Assembly (NCBI RefSeq): GCF_036321535.1
Contig: NC_087436.1
Coordinates: 104,534,001 to 104,594,000, forward strand
Reading direction: 5' to 3'
DNA from: Camelus dromedarius
Lineage: Eukaryota
DNA: 60,000 nt
Shown piece by piece: positions 48,661 through 60,000 of this stretch. The position numbers and the translations under genes are program-made. Each line of letters opens with the position of its first letter. Position 1 is the first letter of the stretch. A model generated the notes under the pieces. That model ran no database searches. It was not told the DNA's origin and was given only the letters and a program-made list of their open reading frames with translations.

Positions 48661-49161
48661 TGTTTCAGTTTCCTTTGCTTCTGTCATAACTTACCACAAA
48701 CTTAGAGGTTTAAACCATCAAAAATGTATTATTTTACAGTTCAAGAGGTCAGAAGCCTGACATGGGTCTCATGTAGCTAAAATCAAAATGCTGGCAGGGT
48801 TGTGTTCCTTTCTGAGCGCTCAAGGGGAGGATCTGTTTTCTTGCCTTTTCTGGCTTCTAGAGGCTGCCTGCATGCCTTGGCTGGTGGCTCCTTCCTCCAT
48901 TTTCAAAGTCAGCAATCACGTCACTCTGACCTCTCATTCTATCGTCACATCTCCTCGAACATTCATTCTCCTGCCTCCCCTTTCACTTATAAGGCCCCTA
49001 GTGATAATGTTTTGCCCACCTGGATAACCCAGGATATTTTTGTAATCTCAAGAGCCTTAAATTCATCAATCTGCCAAGTCCCTCCGGCCATGTATTCACA
49101 AGTTCTGGAGATTAGGACATGGGCATCTTTGTGAGAGGGATGAATTATTCTGCCTACCACT
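48661..49161 (-). mobile_element. MaLR LTR (MLT1D-like)
   Basis: ttaccacaaacttagaggtttaaa..gctaaaatcaaaatgctggcagggttgtgttcctt..gcttctagaggctgcctgcat..gattaggacatgggcatcttt..ttattctgcctaccac. Confidence 0.9.
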
Positions 49162-49229
49162 GTGGTTGTTATTATGCAATAATAGTGGTTAATTATGGAA
49201 TGGAAGTAATAAATGGAGTCATGTGCCAG

Positions 49230-49465
49230 CAATATGTGTGAGTTAACCTGAGCTCTGGGCACATGCATCCTGAGTCTGCACATGGCCTCCCCCAACTGCC
49301 CGTCCTGTGGCCTCTGAGTGTCTATTTCCTTATCTGGTCACGGGAATAGTAACCAGACCCACCTCACGAAGTTGCTGTAAGGACCAATTAAGTGCTAGCA
49401 TATGTCAGGAACTTTGAATAACGACTGGCACATAGTAAGTGCTTATTAAAATAGTGGCCATTACT
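49230..49465 (+). mobile_element. MIR SINE
   Basis: cctctgagtgtctatttccttatctg..cacctcacgaagttgctgtaagga..ctggcacatagtaagtgctta. Confidence 0.72.
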
Positions 49466-49533
49466 ATCCAATGGATGGGTATTTATAATCCTTTTTTCCC
49501 CTGTGGTTGAATTTAGTTATTAATGGCAACATT

Positions 49534-49554
49534 TGTGTGTGTGTGTGTGTGTGT
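49534..49554. repeat. (GT)10 microsatellite
   Basis: Read directly from the sequence. Confidence 0.9.
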
Positions 49555-50864
49555 TTGTTAGGAGAATTTGTGTTTAAGAAAAGTCTGATTCCTTATTCCT
49601 AGGACTTGTCTTTAAAGATCTGTGAAAAAAAGCACCCCCTGACAACAGCTGAGTTGTCCAGGCCAGTTAACAATGCTAACTCTTAACAGATGCAACTAGA
49701 ATATTTTCTGGGGTTACTAAGATTTCCATGATACATTACATAAAACCGGCAGATAGAAATTTTAGGTTCTGTTTTTCAGACACTGTGTGTGCCATGAGGC
49801 AGTTAGAACTGATGTTATAAGATCATATATGTATTTCCTCCCTCGTGTGAATAAACACTTGGATTTTTGATATGTGCTGGCCTGACTTGTTTTAATAGTA
49901 TAAAGATACATATCATTTTCATATTAAGTGATATCATTAAACCGAAGAATTTGAGCACGAGGCTAATGAAATTAATAAAATTTTTTCCTGATATTTAAAC
50001 ATAATTCTTATTTAATTATTCCCCAAACCACATCACAGAGTTAGATGAGTACATTCATACCACTTAAGGAAAGGATATTATGCCTTCTGTCATATTTCTA
50101 ACTCCATAAATAATAATTTTAGCAAAATAGTATGTCATTTTATTGCAAATCAAGTAATGAGAAACAGCATTATTATCCTATTTTACATTTTTGCTAAATT
50201 AATTCTATCAAATCCACATCAATGTAAACTTGGCTGCTTTTCAGGAATCTATTTTACAGGATGACTTCCATCATTTATTTTTCAGTGGTTTTTATAATAT
50301 TCTCCAGAATGAACATTAAGACACTTACTATAACTGAAAAATAAAGTCACACTTTTAAAAATAAGAAATACATCTAATTTGGCCAATTGGTTAGACAATT
50401 GGTTTATATACAGGAACATTTTTCATCCGTTGAAAGAGCCAGATCTGAAGCGCCAAGATTTTGACAAAATTTTATCTAAGCCACACAACAAGATAAAAGC
50501 CTTAAAGTGGTTCTACTCTAAAAGATGAATGGAAAGAAATGTTTTGACTTTCTCAACTCTTACTGAGACAAGTTTAACAAAAATTCGTTTTTAGGAGTAT
50601 TAGAGTGAAAAAATTTTGAAGTCTGCTGACTTCGTTTCTGAGTGGCCGTTAGCAGTTCTGTGAAAGCTAGTGGCCATGCCTGGACTCGTGTATCCTGCCG
50701 GACCACTTCTTGATTTGTTTCTGAAGGACTGCTCAGCCCTGACCTCAGTGTGTCTCACCCAGATTCATTCTGCAGGGATGAGAGCGTCAAATTTGTAGGG
50801 CGCGGTAAACCTTCAGATTATGCTGCTTAATTTGATTAAACATGATTATTTTCTCAAAGTGTAT

Positions 50865-51070
50865 TTATCAAACACACAGATAGCACTTACTATGTACCAA
50901 ACACTGTTCTAATTGGTTTATAAATAGTAACTCATTTCAGCCTCATAAAAAACCCTGTTGGGTAATTACTGTGATTATCCCCATTTTACAGATGAGGAAA
51001 CTAAGGCACAGAGAGAATAAGGAACTTGCTAAAGGTGGCTGCTAAAGCCAATAAGTGGTGGAGCCAGGAC
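50865..51070 (-). mobile_element. MIR SINE
   Basis: agcacttactatgtacca..attatccccattttacagatgaggaaactaaggcacagaga..aagtggtggagccagga. Confidence 0.9.
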
Positions 51071-52681
51071 TTCTTATACATTGATTTTTTTTTTTTTTCC
51101 AGAGGAGCAGAAAGATTCTATCCTCAGTCCCCAAGGTGGACCACCATCAGACTACCTTCTCCCCAACAGTCTTGGTAGCTCATGCTCTGTTTTCTGTACC
51201 CAATACTTGTCCGGATTACAAGTACATCAGATTTGCCTGTGAGAATCCAAAGAATCCCATTCTGAGATGCAATAGAATTGAATTGCAATGGTCTGTTTAT
51301 TGACGCTGGCTTCCATAGCCATGAATCATCATATAAATAAATGTCTTCTTCAGACAGGAAGGCTCGGTAATTAGTATCACAGGTCACTAGTAAAAGGCAT
51401 CAACCACCCCCCTCCCAAAACTATTTTTTCCTGGCCTCCTCCAGACGAGCTCATAACTCCAGTTTCAGAGGCTTGGAGTGGGCAAAGTGCTCTTACAGTT
51501 TCCTTTACATCAGTGAGGAAAACAAATTACCCTGACAGCGTAGTTAAGGGGAGAAACAGTTTTTCTGCCATCTGCCTCTGCCTTCCAAATGACTTCCATT
51601 GGGCTTGCCATTTGACACAGGCAGAGGGTGTCAAAAGAGGTTGCAAGAACTTTGAAAGTGAAAAATACCTTAGGAAGTTTGCCACTTTGCAAAAGGAAAA
51701 CTGCTTTAAAAATACAACCCCCTCCTGAAAAAAATCCAATCCCCCAAACAACATAACTATCTAAAAAAAAAAGTTCTGCATTTATAGATAGATCGGTATC
51801 TACCACCATGCTTTCCTGCAAGTGAAAATTACTTTGGGGCGTCTCTGGGACATTTCAGTGTCCTTAATATTATAGAGGGCACTGAAGAGCTGTGAGTCAA
51901 TCCTCACTCCAACTTGTTATGAGGATTTTTAAAAGCATCATGGACTAGAAGTCTGGTAAGAAGGATGCAGGAATCCACCAACAAGCCTTAAATCTATTAG
52001 AAAAATCTCCCCAAACCTCATTAATTCTAACCCCCCCCCATGAATAAATTGCTTTCTAGTTTTCTGAGTTCTTGGGTGCATCAGGAGATAGAACTGAAGT
52101 GAATAACAAGTTTTGGTTTAAAAAGAGCTATACCACTGTCAGGGCCTATTCGTGGCATTGGAGAGACATCTCTGTGTGTAATGGGGGAGATGGTCATGAA
52201 TATGACCCTGTGCTCCAGTTCTTCCCTGTCCCCTGCTTTGTAAAAAGGAATTAAGTAATAGAAAATAGAGAGGTGGAGGAGAAGGGTAGGAAAAGAGGGT
52301 ATGTCTTTGCTAACCTTTGTGTGAGAGGAGCAGTGAAGCAGCAGCATCGAGCTTGGGAGGACCTGGGAGGTATGAGTGTTGCTGGGAGATTGTGAATTGG
52401 TCCTTTCCAATTTTGTTTTGAAAGATGCAAACCAGAGGTCTATATTTTGCACCTCCAATGGCTATTTTGACTGTGTTTCTTTGGATGTGACCTTGTGGCT
52501 GATATTGGACAGCTCATCTGGAGTTAGAGCTGCAGAAAAATCAGGAGAGGAATCTTAACAATAATTAATAACACACTTGCCACTGATAAGTGTTTAGTGT
52601 TCCAGAGCCGAGATGGTTACTGTTCATGTTGGGCTGTTTTCGTTCTGAAGAAAATGGGGAGATGTGAACAGATGACTTCAT

Positions 52682-52765
52682 TGCTATGGTCTGAATTTGT
52701 CCCCCCCCCCCCCCCAAACTCATGTTACATCCTAACCCCCCCAGATAAATGTATTAGGAGGTGGT
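52682..52765 (+). mobile_element. MaLR LTR 5' fragment (MLT1A-like)
   Basis: tgctatggtctgaatttgtcccc..aaactcatgtt..cctaacccc..gtattaggaggtgg. Confidence 0.7.
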
Positions 52766-53199
52766 CTGTTTCCAGACCAGTGAGGTTTTGAGGATTAAAT
52801 GAGACCTGGGAAACTCATTTATTCTAGCATGTTCCACATTATAGATACTCAGCAAATGTTTATTAATTCAGAATTACAGATTAAATTATGAATGTAAATG
52901 CATTTTTGTTGAAGTAGTCAAGGGGCCCTAAAATGTTTTAAATGGGTATAATACATTAAAAACACATTAATTATTTTGAACCCCCTTGGAAAGCTGGTTT
53001 AAAAATACAAGAGGAATGTTTGATCAGTCTTTTTAAAACATTAAGTTGAACAAATGTGTTTTGATGAAATTGCTGTGGGTTCCAATGGTGCTGGGCTCTC
53101 TCTGTTTTCCCCCAGTCAGCACAGTGATGCTGTTTTATTTCTTAAATAAGGATTTGAGGCCTTACTCTGTGCAGAGCTGTATGTCCAACTCGGTAAAAT

Positions 53200-53440
53200 G
53201 CTAATTTCCAACTACTGGATAGGACCTTATAGTTTACAAAGTGCTTCCACACACATTGTTTCATCTGAGCCTTACCATACCCTGCAGTGTAGACAAGGTA
53301 CATTAGCTGACTTTTTATGAATTAGGAGCAAAATGCTTTAACGTCTTGTTTAAGGTCCCACGTCTAATAAATGGTCTAGGCAGCATTTAAACTCAGGGCT
53401 TCTGACTCTCCAAGTCCTATGCTCTTTCTGCATCACCATG
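53200..53440 (-). mobile_element. MIR SINE
   Basis: agtttacaaagtgcttccacacacatt..tcatctgagcctta..aaggtccca..tttaaactcagg..tctgactc. Confidence 0.75.
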
Positions 53441-53805
53441 TGTTATGGGCTGAACTTTGCCCCCCAAATTTCATACGTTGAAGTCCTAACCCCCAGTAAC
53501 TCAGAATGTGACTGTGTTTGGAGACAGGGCTTTTACAGGGGAAGTAAGTTTAAATGAGGCCATTAGGGTGGGCTCTAATCCAATCTGACTGGTGTCCTTT
53601 TAAGAAGAGGAAGGTGAGACACCAGTGGAAAGGTTGCATGAGGACACAGGGAGAAGGTGGCTGTCTGCAAGCCAAGGGGAGAAACCTCAGGAGAAACCAA
53701 ACCTGCCGACACCTTGATCTTGGACTTCTAGACTCCAAAACTGTGAGAAGTAAGTTTGCGTTAAGCCACTCAGTCTGTGGAATTTTGTTAGCAGTAGCCT
53801 AACAA
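53441..53805 (+). mobile_element. MaLR LTR (MLT1A0/B-like), near full length
   Basis: tgttatgggctgaa..gttgaagtcctaacccccagta..taaatgaggccattagggtggg..ctgcaagccaagg..accttgatcttggacttctag..aagccactcagtctgtgg. Confidence 0.9.
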
Positions 53806-54084
53806 GGCACCCGTCTTATTCCTGAACATCAATGGCTCCCACTGAGTGTAAATAAATTCTAATTCCTTAGACCGGCATTTAATACTAAGACTACTGTGAC
53901 TGTCTCCAGCCTACTAACCTCACTTCATTAGAACTTCTTACACATTTAGCATCATCTCTACCTCTTTGGTGATATTGTTTCCTTCCTGTATCTAGGGGTT
54001 GAACTATTTCTGGTTCTTCGAGGCGAAGATCAAATACCATCTCCCTGACCTTTCTCATTTACTTTGCTTCTAGGAATCTCTTAC

Positions 54085-54290
54085 TTAAAGTTAGGAGAAC
54101 ACACAGCCTCTGGAAACAGATGGCCTGGGTTTTGAGTGCCAGCTCTGCTACTCATGCTGTGTGACCTTGGGCAAGTTACTTAACCTCTCTGAACCTCATC
54201 CTCTCTCCTATGCATGGGAATAGCAGTAGTATCGTCACACAGAAGTTGGGAAGAATAAGTAAGACAGTGAGCCAGTAAAGCCCATTGTGA
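54085..54290 (+). mobile_element. MIR SINE
   Basis: ccagctctgctact..gctgtgtgaccttgggcaagttacttaacctctctgaacctca. Confidence 0.88.
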
Positions 54291-54739
54291 GTGTCCCTAC
54301 TTCCCTGGCATCGTAAAAGTCCAATATACATACTTTATTTTCTTATTATTCTTAACATTTTCAGTAATTTTTATTTTCATTTAATTCTTCAAAAAAATTT
54401 CTGTATGATTTCATAATATTTTATCTGTGCTAATGTAAAAGCACTTAGGTCTTTTTATAACATTTTAAATTTGGTTGAAAATTCTGATTACAGAAGTAAT
54501 GCATGCTCACAGCAAAAATTTTCATAAAAAAAGAAAAACAAAGATGTATCAACTTCCATCTTTTTTCTATATATAAATGCAGAATTTCAAAACAAAAATG
54601 TGATCAGAGTAAACATATGGCTGGTATAAAGTACTTTTTTTCAAAAGGGTAGGTATGTGTCCATATTAACAAATACAGTCTGCATCAGAGGTTCACCTGG
54701 GTGGCTTGTCCTGTTTCAGTCTATAGGTATGTTTTGTTT

Positions 54740-54931
54740 AGTATTCATGGTTAAAAAATTTTAGCAAACAAACAAAAAAAATCAGGATAGTTTACAGAAA
54801 AGTCACATTCTCCTGCTTTGGAAAATCTGAAGGTCTAGTCATACTGGGCCTGCGTTCCAGGAAGCCAGTTACTGGCTAGAACTTCTGTTCCAGTACTTTT
54901 ACGTTGTACTCCTGGCCCATGTAGATCCCTG
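54740..54931. mobile_element. MER102-like hAT-Charlie fossil, internally deleted
   Basis: ttggaaaatctgaaggtctagtcatactgggcctgcgttcc..ctggctaga and a terminal-like tttacgttgtactcctggcccatgtagatccctg. Confidence 0.5.
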
Positions 54932-55947
54932 GTTTATATCACCATCCGTGATGGGTGTGTAACATTTTCTGGCTGTTTGTAAACACATCAGATCTCCTCA
55001 CCCAGAATAGGCAATGTGAGGGCAGGACCTATTCTATTTTCTCTCTTAACCCTTAGATCCTCAGTGCTTCCTACTACTCAGCTCTTAATAACTATGTGAC
55101 ACAAATAAGTGAATGAACGGACTCCTGCGCGACCTTTTGCATATCCACACCATTCTAGGAGTGTATGGAGGATTCTGGACCCCATTGGAGCATCAGGCTT
55201 CTTCTGTCCCTGACTGTGACTCCCACAGCTGGACCCAAAGTGGGGCTCCATCCACCATGGTAACTTTGGGGAACCTGATGTCTTTCTTCCTGGAGAATCC
55301 TTAAGAACTTTTAAAAGGCACTATGTAATAATTGCTTCACTTCCCACCCAAATGCGGCCAACTCTGAAGCAGAAGATGACAGCTCTTAAACAGCACCAGT
55401 CAGCCTTTTAAAACATCTAGGGTTGGAAGAGAGTAAAGAAAAAGAAGTCTGCCATCATCTACCAGTGGTTGCGATGGCTTTTTTGTTTCTCTTCACTGTC
55501 TTTTAAGCAATGCAAGTGTCTTTTAGGCGCCATGGGGTGCACCCTGCGTGAGTTTTCTGTGGGTGTTGGCTCTCAAAGTAGAAGCTGGATTCAGGGACAG
55601 CTGGAAGGCTTCCTTGCTGCTCCACGCTGCAGGCTGCACGTGAGGCCCAACCACAAGATGCGAGGCGGGCCCTTTTAATCCTACACTGAGCCTTGGCTTC
55701 CAAAACCTGATCCTCCAAAATTTGGACTTATATAACTTATTTGTTTATTTTTAAGCCAGCCCTGTCCAAGCTGAGAACACTTAAGACTCCCTTTTAGAGG
55801 AAATTTGGAACCAAACATTATCATTAACTAAATCAGCAAGCAATGGTTCAGTAAAAACACCAAGCGGCACAATTCTGAGGACTTTCATCGTCCCCTTCCC
55901 GGTGGAATTACATCGTGTGGTGGTTTCTCTGAGAATCGTCCCCGGGA

Positions 55948-56014
55948 CTCTCTCTCTCTCGCTCTTCCCCTCTGTCTCTCTCTTGCTCTCTTTCTGTCTC
56001 TCTGTCTCTCTCTT
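55948..56014 (+). repeat. (CT)-rich imperfect microsatellite
   Basis: ctctctctctctcgctcttcccctctgtctctctcttgctctctttctgtctctctgtctctctctt. Confidence 0.9.
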
Positions 56015-56329
56015 GTAAACCATGGCCTGAGTTTAAGGAGCGGGGCGCAGAGACTTCTTGCTCGCGTAGGAGCCTCTTTCATTTGACAAGGGACCAGGTT
56101 GTCCTTGTTCTATAATCACCGGCAGTGGTTCTCCAGCGAGCTCAGTGGATGGGGCCTCTGGAAGACACAGTGCCCTTTGGAGAACATGGCAAAGCAGAAA
56201 ACACGATAAGACACATGTCTTTGTAACAGATCGAATGCTGTTTTATATTAGATTCTAGACATGAGGCTACAGGTGCCAAGGGTCTGATAAAAATGTCTGT
56301 GAAGAAGATGCTCTCTGCTATGCTATTTC

Positions 56330-56690
56330 TAGAAGGGAAAACATTCTACATGCTTACCAAGAGGGGAATAGGTAAATAAACTAGGACTATTTTCAATACA
56401 TCCATTAAAGATTCATCAAAAGATTCTTTGGAGAGTCTTTAATGAGGTTGAGAGAAGTGGCTATGGTTTGTTAGATTAGAAAAAAAAGTGGAAATAGAGT
56501 CATGTGAAGTATGAGGCCAACTACATTTACTATATAGTCAGAAATCCTTAGGAAATACACCACAATTTTAGGACAGGTTATAGTTCTGCATGATGGAATT
56601 ATAGGTTGTTTTTATTGTTTCTTTATGCTTTTCAGCATTTTCAAGTGTTTCCACAATGAGCATTTATTATTTTGATCATCAGAAAATAAT
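56330..56690 (+). mobile_element. Very old L1 (L1ME-like) 3' fragment
   Basis: taggtaaataaacta..ggaaatacaccacaatt..atggaattataggt..tttccacaatgagcatttatta. Confidence 0.5.
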
Positions 56691-57589
56691 GATGATAAGT
56701 AGCCAATTTTCTTGGTGGCGGCAGATTGGGGTCCACATTTTCTAACAATATCATGTTTTTTTTCTTTACTACTCTCCATCCTCCCAAGGCTCATCCAGTG
56801 AGGATCCAGAGGAAAAGACTGGGACTTAAGCTGAGGAGGATAAGACGGTCTCCTCTGCACAGAGACAGCGATTTCCCTTGGGACTGGGAGGTTTGTGAGC
56901 ATCTACAAGCTGCATGTGTTCTGTCTGGATTTCTGCCTACAGATTCATAAAGCGTCACTCATTTAAGAAGGAAACGAGGCTGAAGGAACTTTGCATCTAT
57001 TGACTGACCTCATCTTTGGGTGAGAAAGAGTTCTGGTGGGACTCACCTTCCCTCTTAGCTCCATAGCCTCTGCTCCCCTGAAACCACGTTGATGGAAGTG
57101 CAGACAGATATTTTCAAGGCAGCCTGGTTCAGGCAAGGTGACTGGACTGCACATGCTGAGCTTTGAAGGGTGTCTGGCCAAGAGGGGACTGGTTTATTCC
57201 TTGGGCCAGCCAATTCCTTCAGGCCTGCGGGTTTCTGCCATGTGTTAAATGGATGTAACACGACTCGAAACTTCTCTTGGCGCTGTGTCCCATGACTTCA
57301 TCTACCACTGCCTATACGCATGGGGTGAAGTGCTCCCTCTGGGCGTTGAAGGGCAGTGTTGAAGGAGGACTTGAGCTGGGAGTGAGGAACAAGTCTTAGG
57401 ATCATTTTAGGAAAGCAGCAGTGTCTTTTAGCTGCCAAGCATGGCGATAATTCAGTTCACTACATTCACCAACTGTTGATTGATTGTCTACATTTTGAGC
57501 AAGGCATCCAAGAATCCCCCAAACTCCTTAGAAAATGCCTCAGTTTCCTCCACTGGCATCCCATCTATATCTTTGGTTTAAGTCTTGAC

Positions 57590-57770
57590 TCCCTGTGTGG
57601 TGTGGAACCAGCACTGGTCTTGAAATCTATGGGTCTGGATTGAAATCTCATCTCTACTCTGTGACTTGCAAGCACTGTGGCTTCAAGCAAGTTGCTTAAT
57701 TTCTCGAAGCCTCGTTTCCCCCACATTTAAAGTAAGAATAAAAATGCCAGCCTCATGGGGTTGTGTTTGA
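57590..57770 (+). mobile_element. MIR SINE
   Basis: ctggattgaaatc..caagttgcttaatttctcgaagcctcgtttcccc..cctcatggggttgtg. Confidence 0.72.
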
Positions 57771-57772
57771 GG

Positions 57773-57957
57773 AGGGTTGCTAAAATTAACAAAAATATAG
57801 ATAGCTAGTTAAATTGGAGTGCCAGACAAACAAGTACTTTTTTAGTATCAGTGTGCCCTCAGTATTGCACAAGACATATTAATTACTAAAAAATTGCTTG
57901 TTTTTTTATCTGACATTCCAATTGAATGGGGTGTCCTTCATTGTACCTGACAACACT
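57773..57957. mobile_element. MER53 palindromic hAT MITE, full length, opposite orientation to the 7543 copy
   Basis: agggttgctaaaattaacaaaaata..agttaaattggagtgccagacaaacaa..tttttagta / tactaaaaaa..tttatctgacattccaatt..acctgacaacact; arms are self-complementary. Confidence 0.8.
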
Positions 57958-59389
57958 TTCAGCCTATTCTTGAGGCTGAAATAAAGGGGTTTGTCTGAAA
58001 GCTCCTGCTGTGGCTCTCCCCATGAGGCCCCACAATTAATTGTTTTCTTTTCCATGGCAGGGGAAATAGAGACTCTGATGAGGTTGGTGGAAGGAAGGTG
58101 AGGATGCTCAGAGAGAGAAGGACATCTCCATGGGAGGAATAAGGGGAGAGAAGACACAAAGAGGCTGATATGAGATAAACTGCTGCTTAACAGACATGTT
58201 TAAAGGCCCCAGCAAACAGTGTCCCTTGGTCCTGTGCGCCTTTAACACGCTCCGTTTGCTCTCTGCAAGCCTGACAGTGGACGTGACACCATGGGGCCAC
58301 AAGGCGCTCAGATGGGGATGCTGAGCCCAGGGAAACCCCGTCTGGGCACGACCATTCATAGGCTTCAAAGGCCAACTGTTGTGTCAGACGGCGGGACTTT
58401 CCTGGAGGTGATTTTTACAAAGAAGGGGTAAAGGGGACGGGGTGCCCCAGAGACCTCACTGCAGCTCGGGGGAAACCCGGGGTGTGAGCTGACACAGGTC
58501 TGTCCTTCTGCTCCCTTTTCATGTCTCCTCTGCACAGTCTCCCCCAAACTGGAATCCCCTCTAACTTCAGCTCCAGGCTCATGGGGGTGGAGACGGACCA
58601 GCAGCAGGTCCACTCTCTGGCCTTCATGTGCACCGCCCGCTGCTCCCACGTCCCCAGAACCTCAGGGTGTAATTTTCCTTCTCTGAGCATCTGAGTGCTG
58701 GGTGAGGAGCTCAGCTGTCATCGGCTTCAGGGAATTTTTCCACCAGGATTCAAACTGGGGCCAAAAAAGCATGGGCACGCGGAAGGCATTCTGTCTACTA
58801 TTCCAATATGCTTTTCTCTGTAGTTGGGGCATTAGAAAATATTGCCAGTATCCAGAGGCCTAGGGTAAAGTTTTGAATTTCATCACAGTGAGAAAACACA
58901 CGAAGGGAGGCCATCTCTTACTACATTTCCTAATCCCTGTCATGTTTCTCCCCCTTTTAAAAATTTAGACATTAAATAGTATATAACATTAAGAAAAATG
59001 AAACGAATTCAAGCCAGGCCCAATGCAAAAGAGGAAAAAAATAAAAAGAAAAGAAAAAGAAAAATTCAAAGGGACACCCCAATCTGTTGGTCTGGTCCTC
59101 ACTCTGGACCACAGTCAGCTTGTTACTTTTATTTTGAGAAAAGACGTAACATCTGACCATTACTTACTAGTTTTCTTTAACTTAATTTACTTTCCAAAAT
59201 TTTTTATTCATCCTAAGAAAGTATATCTTTAAAATCTAGGGTTTGATGTGCTATATATATTTCCCCCAATATATGAAGATAAATATATGCTATTAAAATT
59301 TTAAAATGTTCATCTGTGTATCACTTAAAACTCTTTCAATTTGACTTCATGAAGTTGCTCGACGCCAGAGTCTTATCACTCAGTTAACA

Positions 59390-59620
59390 ACAGCCAGTTG
59401 AGTGAGACGTTTACTCCATTTTGAGACGTGGACTTTGCGTGTATTAGCTCATTAGTCTTCCCAGGAACTCTATAAAGAAGGTGTTTTTATTGGCCCCATT
59501 TTACAGATAAAAGAAACTGAGACCAAAAAGGTAAAGTCAAGGTCATATTGCTGGTAAATGAAAGTCAGATTCAAACCAGAGCAGCCTGAGTTCAGAGTCC
59601 ATGCAATCACCCCCTCCCTA
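59390..59620 (-). mobile_element. MIR SINE
   Basis: ccccattttacagataaaagaaactgagacc..aaggtcata..gattcaaaccagagcagcctgagttcagagtcc. Confidence 0.85.
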
Positions 59621-59829
59621 ACCACTTAGGAAAAAAACACAGGTATTGATCCCACCGCTCACCAGGAAAAAAGCAGGCAACAGTTCTGTTGAAGAAAGAG
59701 TTCATTCAGAATGAAAAGGTAAGAGCGTCCTTTCGGTAACTTCTAATGCCTTGCATGCAGTTCCCAACTTGCAGAGGGGCTGGATTCCAAAACTTGATTT
59801 AAAAGCAGTTTCGCCGTCCTCTTGCTCTG

Positions 59830-60000
59830 TGCCCCAAGGCATTCTGTACACACCTCTCCTGTTACACTCAGCACATTGTCTCTTAGTTGCTTACACATCT
59901 CTCTCCCCCAGGGCTCTGGCTGCTCCAGGCCAGAGACTTTGCCTTACATTTCCTTTCGTGTTCCCAGCACCCAGCACAGTGCGGAGACCCAAAGTGTACA
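59830..60000 (+). mobile_element. L2 3' fragment, running to the window end
   Basis: tctctccccca..gctccaggccagagactttgcctta..tcccagcacccagcacagtgc. Confidence 0.6.

Noticed and set aside
1..60000. CRISPR array, operon-like system or intact ERV/L1 coding region
   Set aside because: I saw no regularly spaced repeat-spacer units, no gag/pol/env sequence and no long reverse-transcriptase ORF; the window appears to be non-coding mammalian DNA.

Overview
Mammalian genomic DNA that is repeat-rich and apparently intergenic or deep intronic. The tRNA-derived SINEs at 6642 and 30832 match the camelid vic-1 type, and I saw no Alu, Bov-tA/BovB, PRE-1 or Can-SINE copies, so the source is most likely a camelid (alpaca, llama or camel). 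I find no supportable protein-coding exon; the ORFs I can assign are L1 ORF2 remnants or read through repeats, and the rest resemble nothing I recognise. Much of the window is ancient MIR and L2 sequence, old and lineage-specific L1 3' ends, MaLR (MLT1) LTRs, one MER41-like ERV1 LTR, and hAT DNA-transposon fossils (MER53 twice, MER63, MER103, MER102). Repeat-free and CpG-richer stretches between them are candidate regulatory elements. The most notable structures are: (1) a TSD-flanked U6 snRNA/L1 chimeric retrocopy lacking the 21-nt ACAGAGA/AGC catalytic segment (41152-41441); (2) a ~100-bp local duplication inserted into an L2 (1045-1145 vs 2249-2345); (3) the MER41-like LTR with a STAT-type motif; (4) several nested insertions with readable TSDs. 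I do not see evidence of a new multi-gene biological system. Repeat family and subfamily names come from recalled consensus sequences rather than a search, and boundaries of old repeats are approximate.
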